DNA of 63,975 nucleotides, the filler included, from Sluysia triapertura (lineage: Eukaryota): NCBI GenBank assembly GCA_046118255.1. It is 5 parts of 5 records of this genome, joined end to end, with 100 filler letters (N's around TTAATTAATTAA, not from the genome) between each part and the next. Parts side by side here need not be neighbours in the genome. Positions count along the whole stretch, not along the records: positions 53,211 to 63,975 come from JBJNIA010193759.1; 4 more parts are not named here. One strand, given 5' to 3'. Shown one piece after another: positions 55,161 to 63,975 of this stretch (position 1 is its first letter; the number at the start of each line of letters is the position of its first letter). Made by a program: the position numbers and the translations under genes. The notes under the pieces are model-generated. The model did no database searches. It was not told the origin of the DNA and saw only the letters and a program-made list of their open reading frames with translations.

Positions 55161-55873
55161 AGTATGACCTAAAATAGGTGGATCATAAACTTTATCATCA
55201 TTTTTAAAAGCTGACATAGTACATAACAATGTGCTACCAGTTGGTTTAGCAATTCGTTTTAAATCTGTTTTTATACAACGATGCACCGCCATTGCTTTAC
55301 TTTCGACAGAGTATTTCATACACAAGTGATTAATACCACCGCTAATCAAATTTACATTAGCACCAGGTTTTAGCATTTTATCTATCCGTCTTTTAGTTAT
55401 TTCGATTTCACGTTTACGAATTTCATTCAATTTGTCGGGATCACTGGATAAAACTTGAACACTTAACTTCAATCTGGTTTTCTGGAGATTAAAATCCAAC
55501 AATGCTATATGAGCATCTATGATTAACTTTGGCGTCTGAAAACTTGCCATCGTACCATTTAAAAAGATACTTTCTCTCATTGAACCACCATGAGCCTTTG
55601 AAACATTGATAGAACCTATTGGATATGATGCACTACAATCTTTTTCATCAACCTCTCTAGCCATTGTTGCATCAAATGTTATCTTAACAAAAAGATCTTA
55701 TCGACTCGGATAAGTTTACTGGACATTGTCAAACCTTCAAAATTTAATATCATGTTATTCATCAAACGGCAAGATTCATTGGTTATGGCAGTGAGTACAT
55801 TTTGTTTACGAATACTGTCTCGACTAGAATGCTCACCTTCAACTGATAATGAACTTAAAACGTTTGATAACAT
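55161..55873 (-). pseudogene. TCP1: Intronless T-complex protein 1 alpha (CCT1) pseudogene fragment with deletions and frameshift
   Basis: LSVEGEHSSRDSIRKQNV (N-terminus), large deletion, MSSKLI, YPIGSINVSKAHGGSMRES, IALLDFNLQKTRLKLSVQV..DPDKL..IRKRE..ITKRRI..GANV..GGINHLCMKY..AMAVHRC...DLKRIAKPTG. Confidence 0.92.
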
Positions 55874-58399
55874 TTGATGATAAATAATTAAAATAAGTTT
55901 TTAGTTATTATTGATTTTTTAACTAATGTAACGGTATCTATAATATTATTCGATATCTATAATATTTTTTTTTAAAAAATAACTATTGTAATTTAATTGT
56001 AATAATTGTATAAATTATAAATAATAACTATAATAATTGTAAATTATAAATAATAATAATAATTAGTTTCAAATTATTACCAAATTTATTTAAAGGATGT
56101 TTAAAAAGGATGTTTAATTTTATAATAAATAAACGAATTATTTAAAGGATGTTTAATTTTAGCAATTTACATTTTCAAATATTATCGAATAACTACGGAT
56201 ATCCTTAATTTTGAAAATAAATGTTTATAAAATAATTATATGATTTAATCAAAGGAAATTTATATTATTTTGTATAAAATCGGATATTAGATATTATTAA
56301 AAAACGGATATGCTTATTTTCAATTAATAAACAGACAATTTGAGAGAGGTATAAAAGGCCTTACATATCAGACAAAACAACATAATTAATAAAGCAAGCA
56401 GAATTTTTTAAAAGTTTTTTGGTCTCGTAATTTACAATATTTGGAAACGCACGATTACTATTTGGAGTCACTAAATTATTATCAATCATTAGTTTTTTCA
56501 ATTTGGTCTACATTATTGGGAACATCGGGTCTGATATTGTTTTATTTGGTTAATTCGGTTTGGCATAACTAACAACATACTCTGATCACATTTGGTCTTG
56601 ATCGCATTCTGTGGTGTCAACAAAATTCAATTATTATTTGATTCAGTAAGCTTTTTATTTTAAGTCACAGACCCGATTAATTAAAACGGTCTTAAAATCT
56701 ACTTAAACTTTCTCCTACAAATATTAGATACTCACGATTAAAAATCCTGAGTCAAAATAGACTTAACATATTAAATTATATATTATTATTATAATTTGTT
56801 TTTGATATTCTTTTCATTTGTGTTTTATAAATTTATACTACCTTTGTGTTATATTGTTAAAACTTTATAAATTTGTACTAACTTTGTTAATAATAAAACT
56901 TCGGAAACAAATTTTTAGTTTTTTTTGTTAAATACTACAAAGTAAAATTTAGTTAAAGAAAAGAAATCGTAATAAAACAATAATTGTTTTTTGAAATTAA
57001 ATTATAACGCATTCACGAAATTTTTGGGATAAGTTAAACATAAAGAGAAAGGTTAAAAGAAGACTGACTAAAATTTTTCTTTGAGTGAATTAATTAATAT
57101 ATTTTTTAAAATTGAAAAAAGTTATTAAGAGTCATAAAGACTAAAAAGAACGAAACATTAATATATAATTTTTGAAAAACACATAAGAATTAAAGTGATC
57201 CTTAAAGGTTATAAAACGGTTCTTTATAAGATAGAAAATTATTAATACAGGCTTACGCACCAAGAAAAGTCAAATAGTATACAAGAAGATAAAAGTCATA
57301 GTATTCTTGCACTAGTATTTTTCACCGCTTTAAAATCCTACGCACTCGTCCATTTTATGTAAATCGATTGACGTAGGCGAATCCAAAGTATAAATTAATC
57401 ATTTATAATTGTTCAAGAGTTAAGAAGTAAAAAACCGAACAAAAGTATGTAGTAGTCATTGTTATTAGTCATTGTTGTAATAATAATAGTCAATAAATAA
57501 TCATTATTTTGTTACAAGTCATCATTGTTGTTACATTTTTAATAACCAAGATTTCTTTGGTTTCTATGGGTTAGTCATTATTATTGTTAAAATTATCTAA
57601 AACATCATTAAAAATTTTAAAAATCATTAAAAAAATATTTAAAAGCTCCAAACAACTAAAAACATTAATTTTCCCAACAATACAATTATTTTCTAAAAAA
57701 GAAAATTATTTTTCTTGAAAAGAAAATAAAAATTCCAAAAAAATAAGATTCTAAAAATAGAATAGAAACTTCTAGAATGTTATAGAACATTCCATCGATT
57801 TCTATTGGTTGATGACTAGTATATAAACTAGCATCAGTTCAGTAGTTAACACAATTATTTATCGATTATTTAGAAATCATATGACAATTATTTGAATATT
57901 ATTTATCAATTATTATTCAACATTATTAGTTATCTCGATTTAATTATCACCACTATTTACTACAATCAGCCAACAATTATTGTTCATAAATCAATTCATT
58001 CACGGCATATCAAGCTCTACAATTTGGTGCAGAATTACCTTAATTATTTTTAATTGTTTGGTAGGATTAGGAATATTTTTAAGGCCGTTTCAATTTTAAG
58101 TTGAAACCTAAAATACAGGAAAAATCTGATTAAAGAAATTTCACAACCCCGATCTAATGAGGGGAACTTTTTAAATTAAATTTAAAAATAAATTAGAAAG
58201 ATCAAAGACCCTAAGGGTTTTGATAATAAAATCCAAAGTATTCTTTTTATAATTGTTTGGAATAAGCTAATTTTTGTTAATTTATTAATAAATGTATAAT
58301 TATTTGAGTTTTTTCTTTTAATTTGGATCGATTGATACAAAAGAATTTAAGAGACAGAAGAATTAAAATATTAAGTTTTTTATATTACAATTAACTTGT

Positions 58400-58497
58400 T
58401 ACAGAGGTGCCAACTACTAGTTGTAAGACGCTTGCTGTAACTGGACCCTGCTCAATTTTATTTTGCCATAGTTTAAAAGTTAAGAAAAACCACAACA
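58400..58497 (+). repeat. Dispersed repeat family X, copy D
   Basis: tacagaggtgccaactactag...gacgcttgctgtaactggaccctgctcaattttattttgccatag...aagaaaaaccaca. Confidence 0.8.
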
Positions 58498-59080
58498 TTA
58501 TTATTTTTAATTATTATCGTCATTGTATTATTATTGTTATTATTTAATATTACTTTATTTATTATTGTATTATTATTACCATATTACAATTATTAATAAT
58601 AATAATATTATTATATATGAAATTTTTAATTAGCACAAATTTATTACATAAAAATAAATTTGATATATCAAATTATAACAAAATTAGAACAAATTAAATT
58701 TACAAAAATTTGAATAAAATATAGCAAAAATTAAATTAAATATAAAAATATTTGTTCACAAATGTAACATTGAACAAATATTATTGCTCAGAAGTAATAT
58801 TTGTTGTTTGTCTATTTTGTCCTAAACGACCAAATGTTCAAAGTTTTATTTAGTATGTTGTTAAGTGAATTAAACAATTTTAAACAAATATCTACTAATT
58901 GTTTGATAAGCATTTTAATTTACAAAATACTTATTTTTTGTGAATATTTATAATTTATAATACAATTTATATTTATTTTCATGTATTAATAAAGTGAGTC
59001 TCTAATTACTTAAGTTTAATTATTTTAGTAAAATAATTTTTAAAGGTCATATTGAAATTTAGTTTATTATAAAAATTTCA

Positions 59081-59144
59081 ATGCCACTTTTAAAATTTGA
59101 AACTAAGTTAATTAATGGAAAGCCTAATATTACATATCAGACAG
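59081..59144 (+). CDS. CCDC66: CCDC66-like, exon 1
   Basis: MPLLKFETKLINGKPNITYQT resembles the CCDC66 N-terminus LKLETELLDGK; donor acag|GTagtt; 50-bp intron. Confidence 0.75.
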
Positions 59145-59194
59145 GTAGTTTTTTTTAATGTAATATATAATATAAATAGAAAAATTAAGTTTAG

Positions 59195-60006
59195 TTCCTA
59201 AGAAGTTTGGTTATAAATCAAGATCAATGAAATATCCAATTAGATCTACAGGTTTACAAAATGAAAACATTTTAGAGTCAGATCAACCAGTTAATAAAAT
59301 TTCTAGAAATAAAACAAATTCAAAATTAAAAGAAAGTGAAAGTGACGCATTTACTACTCTAAATAATAATAATTATAATAATAATAATAACACAAAACCA
59401 GATTCGAATACAAATATTGTATTAAGTGATAATGAAATTGATGCTATAATGAAGCAAGTAATAGAAGAAAATAAAGATGTCCTTTCTGAAGAACAATTAA
59501 TTGATTTACTTGCCAAATTGTATTTAGAAGCAAAAAATTATAACATTAAAACAGTTTCTCAGGTTAACTTGCAGCCAAATTTAAAAGCTGATAAAAATGT
59601 GGATTCTAATAAACCAATTGAAGGAGACTTAAAACTTGAAATTTATGATAAAAAAGATGACGTAATTTCTAAACAAACAATAGCCACGCCAAGAAAGTTT
59701 CCCGAAGCATTATCAATGGCAGAAAAAAAGCGTCTACAGTGGGAACAAGAACGAAAAGATATGGAAAAGTTTTCTTCTTATAATCCATGGGGTAAGCCGG
59801 GTTGTGGAGCACCAACTAAATCCAGTTTTGAAATTAGTCAAGAAGTCGAACAATTTTCAGTTAAACATGGTAGTGAATCAATGACAGTAAAACCAGATTA
59901 TTCAAAGTCGGATATTCAAAACGGAAAAAACTTTAATCAAAATGAAAATCGTAGTTTGGACAAAGAAGAAAAACGCAAACAATGGTTAAAAGAACTTGAC
60001 GAACAG
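59195..60006 (+). CDS. CCDC66: CCDC66-like, exon 2
   Basis: Acceptor gtttAG|ttcct in phase 1; EKKRLQWEQER..YNPWGKPGCGAP (CSPP1/CCDC66 family motif) and KRKQWLKELDEQ; donor cag|GTtatt. Confidence 0.8.
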
Positions 60007-60445
60007 GTTATTTTTTTTTTACACGTTGTTTAAGTACAATACACTTTTCGCTTCAGAATCAATGAGAAAAAATACTATTATATCTTAAAAACAAAACTCC
60101 GTAAAAACGTAAATATTTTTACATTAAATAAAACTTGACATTAGTTACAGTCTCTGAAGGCGCATAATCTTTAACGAATTTAATTTGGTGAGAAACTGCA
60201 CAATAATGTTAAATTTTTTTAATTTGGTTTAGTTGCTAGTTGCTAGAAAGTATAACTAATGTCAGCATTTATTTATTTCAAAATATTTTGACTTACGTTT
60301 ACAAAGTTATTATTTTTTATGAAGAAATTTTTGTAAATCTGAAAAATAAAATCAAACGCTACATATAAATCAGAATATATATGGAATGGATGGGTATCAT
60401 TTTTGACCCTCAAAAAATAATCAATAAATAATGTGTCAATTTTAC

Positions 60446-60550
60446 AATTCATCATAGGAGGCATTAGTATAGAATAAGGTTGCTCAAGTCGTACCCCTTA
60501 AGAAAAGAACTGTATAAAACTTAAAATTTATCAAACAAATAGAAATTAAT
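60446..60550 (+). repeat. ~100-bp near-identical direct repeat, copy 1 (copy 2 at 63782-63885)
   Basis: aattcatcataggaggcattagtata(g/a)aataaggttgctcaagtcgtaccccttaagaaaagaactgtataaaacttaa. Confidence 0.95.
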
Positions 60551-60557
60551 GCAAACT

Positions 60558-61730
60558 ACAGTCTCAAAAGTGACCACTTTTGATGATGACTACCTTCATG
60601 ACTACTTTAAAAATTTATGTGAAAAAGTGATCCCTGACAAAAAATAATTTTAAAATATCTTTTTATCAAAAATGGCCAAATTAAATTATATTATTATTTA
60701 CAAAATATTAAAGAAAGAATGGTTTCAGAGAAAACTTGCAAAAGAATACAATGTTACGAAAACAGCAATCTATACAATATCCATTCTTAAAATATTATTA
60801 TAAAGAAAATCTCACATTTAAAAATAGAAGATAGATTTAGAAATAAGTGATATATTTGATAGGCTAACAAGTTAATACAGACTTTTGTCTCAAAAAAGGC
60901 CAAGTAACTTCAGATTTAAACAAATAAGTTATCTTCATTACACAAAGTTATTATATGGAGTCAGGTTCTTTGATCAATTTTTTGGATACAATTAAAAAAA
61001 TTTATGAACAATATAATGAGAGGAACATATTTAATTGCAATGAAACTACTTTATTTTATACATCTATGCCTAATAATTGTATTGTCAAAATAACTCTAAC
61101 GTAGAAAATGCAGAGTGGGCAAAAGAAGCAATAAGAGTTCCATTAAAATTTGGAAAAAGGTGGCCTTTATTTATTAGTGGATCTAAAAATCCTAGAGTTC
61201 TTAAGTGAAGCAAAAATCTTTTACGAATCTAATAAGAACACATGGATGACAAAGAAAATTTTTGTTAATTGGTTGATGAATTTAGTGAAATTAAAAAATT
61301 ATTCGAATACTCGATAATTGCACTATATTAATCTAATATTAATCTGATCTATCTATCTTCAATACTTATTGAACCTTTATATGGTGTAATTAAAAATTTT
61401 AGAGATAAATACAAATATTTACTTATGTTTTCAAATAACATAAATATGCAAATAAAAACATTAAATACATTAATGTGCGTTCATTCAAATAAACATGACT
61501 ACATTTACGAATTATTTTGAAACAATTTTAAGTTAATTCTCGAAGCATAAAACGAAATCTAATTGTAAATCATACAAAAGGTAATCAAGAAATTATTGAA
61601 AAAGGACTACTATAAATGATCTTCATTTGTACAATAACGAGGCTATAGATAGTTCAGAATCTGATGAAGAAACCAAACAATTACAGAAGGATGACATTTA
61701 TAAAATTGTCAAAGATTTAAAATAAATAAA
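60558..61730 (+). mobile_element. Decayed pogo/Tigger-family DNA transposon in CCDC66 intron 2
   Basis: TA|CAGT start; HTH QRKLAKEYNVTKTAIYTI (60726); RNIFNCNETTLFYTSMP (IFNxDETGLF, 61021); PLFISGSKNPRVLK; YESNKNTWMTKKIFVNWL; LDNC; IEPLYGVIKNFRDKY; right TIR not found. Confidence 0.88.
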
Positions 61731-62693
61731 TAAACCATATATATTTATTTATATATATGGTCTCAATTATCCTTTAAGATATACATTCAAAGGAAATAGT
61801 ATAACAATATGTCTGAGTTAAAAGATGCAATATTCGATGCTTAGGAAAAGATTGAAATAAAAAATATAATTCGATGACAGAAACATCAATAAAATACTGA
61901 TTTTATACAAATCGTTGTATTGTCTCTTAAATAAAAAGTTTGTATAATGTGTCCTATACTTGTGAAAGAAAATTTATTTAACTAAGTGCAATATAGTAAT
62001 TAAAAGTGTACTAAAATTGGAAACTATAAATAAGTAATAGTTTATTCGTGTTTTATTTATTAAATAGTATTGTTAATTTATTATAATATAAACTGTGTTT
62101 GCATATACAGCAAAAATAGCTAATCCATCAAAAGAGAGCATATTAAAATATTTATTTAAAAAAATATTTGCATTTTTGAGTTTTTTTCAAATGATTTATA
62201 ATAAAATTTTAAAAATATTTACTGTATAAATAACGTAAAATAAATAAATTTGGAATAATCTTTTGAAGCACAAATTAAGTCAAAAGCATATCTTACTATA
62301 AAACATTATTGAAGAAATAAATAATGATAAATAATAAATAAATAAATAAAGTCCTGAAACTTTACTATAATAAAAATAACAATGTAATATTAAAATTACT
62401 AATAAATTAAAATATTAATTAAAATAATAAAATTGGAAATGTTTTAGTACTTTACCGAAACAAATTTGCTTTAAATGCAATTTTGCCTGCAGAAATAACT
62501 TTCTTTCATGTGTTTCTTTTATTGTGTATAATAAATAATTAAACATGAATATGTAGAATAATATATTTTTTATTTTTTTGAAACTTAGTTACTTACTGAC
62601 ATAAATAGCAAATTATTTCAATAATACTAATAATAGAAATAAACATAATTTTTAATTGTTGATTATTTCCATAATAAATATTTTTATTTTAAG

Positions 62694-62897
62694 GTAATGG
62701 AAAAACAACGTTTAAAATTGAATAATACTTCTGAAACTAATTCATTGCATGGTACCTACGACAATTATTATCCTACTGTTTCTAGTCGTTTGTCAGACAA
62801 TAGTAATGCCTTTGAACGAGGGCGAGGATTAGCAAATCTTTTTCAAATGTCTCCAGAAGAAGCTTTGCTAAAGAGAAATAAACAATTGGAACAAAAA
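62694..62897 (+). CDS. CCDC66: CCDC66-like, exon 3 (204 bp, phase 0-0)
   Basis: ttttaAG|gtaatg...caaaaa|GTaatg; joins as ELDEQ|VMEKQRLK and ends LLKRNKQLEQK (CCDC66 RRQKQLEHQK); gene continues beyond. Confidence 0.75.
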
Positions 62898-63202
62898 GTA
62901 ATGGTTTTAGTTTTATTTAACTGAACAATTGTAATGTCTTAAATTATTACATTATTCATTATAGCAGCCATGAAACTCTTGTTCAAAATCATTTTCCAAA
63001 ACATCTGTAGCATCGACAAATTCCGTGTCTTCGTTTTCCTCAAATTACTTCATTTTGAGTCACATTAAGGTTTGAAATTTTGCATTTTGCATGTATTTCT
63101 AAGCATAGGGTGCATAACATTGACACTTATACCTAGTCTTTACAACATTCCACAACATTTTTTGTTCATTACACGCGTAAAATAATAATATTTTATTTAT
63201 AA

Positions 63203-63532
63203 CTAGATGTACTCGTTCACGCATTGCTGTGTTAAAAATCCGAACAAAAAAGGCATAATTTATTAATGATTAAATGTATACAATACATCAAAATGAAAAT
63301 TAACAATAAAATTATCTCTACATATATGTCTTTTGAATATAACATATGGACAAAACATGGATATTCATGGTTACCATTGTTGCACCTAGAATCCCAACTC
63401 TGATTTTAAAAAAATTTACAAAAACCTTCCCGGAGATATACCTAATAATTTTCCAAATTTTCACGGCGATTGGATGTATTGTTTTTGAATCTGTCGAGTA
63501 CAGACAGACGCACAATCATTATATATATAAGA
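63203..63532 (-). mobile_element. Non-autonomous Helitron (~330 bp)
   Basis: Minus: A|TC start, TCTTATATATATAA then GTCTGTCTGT; 3' imperfect hairpin cacagcaatgcgtg 11 nt before CTAG|T; A/T target with no TSD. Confidence 0.8.
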
Positions 63533-63781
63533 TTAACTTCATTTGCTTAACAATTAAAAAATATGAAGAAACTGTATAGGATATACTAAATTTTATTATC
63601 ATGTTATTTTAATTTGTCAATCTTAAGGTAGCCACTTTCTCTTAATTGTTTCCCTGATACGAATGAGATATTTCATCATAATAAGTTGGTTAAATTATGT
63701 CACGAACAAATTACTTTTTAAAATCCACTATCAATTTAAAAATACAGTAAAATAATGTTTTTAGAATCCTATCGTGTATAA

Positions 63782-63885
63782 AATTCATCATAGGAGGCAT
63801 TAGTATAAAATAAGGTTGCTCAAGTCGTACCCCTTAAGAAAAGAACTGTATAAAACTTAAGATTTATCAAACAAATAGAAATTAA
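63782..63885 (+). repeat. ~100-bp direct repeat, copy 2
   Basis: Near-identical to 60446-60550. Confidence 0.95.
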
Positions 63886-63975
63886 ATGTGTAACTCAATA
63901 CTTTGTTAATATTGGTATTATGTATTATAACTAAATTAGAAAAATCTATATGCTTTCACGTAATGAAACTAATTC

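Noticed and set aside
57740-58030. LTR-like segment (ATTGG, TATATAAA, ...CA then TGGTGCAG) and PPT-like AAGAGGGAGG at ~53767
   Set aside because: Suggestive, but no paired LTR or coding remnant ties them together

Overview
Very AT-rich, intron-containing animal genomic DNA with many (AAT/ATT)n microsatellites and Asn-rich proteins. A planarian-like flatworm is a guess only. Four artificial 100-bp spacers (44N-TTAATTAATTAA-44N) and one 161-N gap join the segments, so long-range adjacency is not guaranteed. Host genes: MED7 (minus, with an in-frame TGA, running into a gap) head-to-head with a RADIL/RASIP1-like RA+FHA gene (2 exons seen); a large exon of a Delta-like EGF/TM Notch-ligand-type gene; the first three exons of CCDC66; and an unidentified terminal exon. 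Orphan host-gene pieces: a DZIP1-like fragment, a lone DMGDH exon, and an intronless chimeric pseudogene in which TCP1/CCT-alpha is fused in frame to beta-tubulin. The rest is mostly decayed TEs: two L2 LINE copies, Gypsy-like LTR remnants with tRNA-Lys-like PBSs, piggyBac fragments and a MITE, Tc1, pogo/Tigger, a near full-length plant-type (DD39D-like) mariner, a hAT-like MITE and a non-autonomous Helitron. I see no convincing intact new biological system. The best leads are the CCT-alpha/beta-tubulin chimera, the scattered host-gene fragments, the MED7 TGA and the plant-type mariner. All homology calls are by manual translation and motif recall, not database search.
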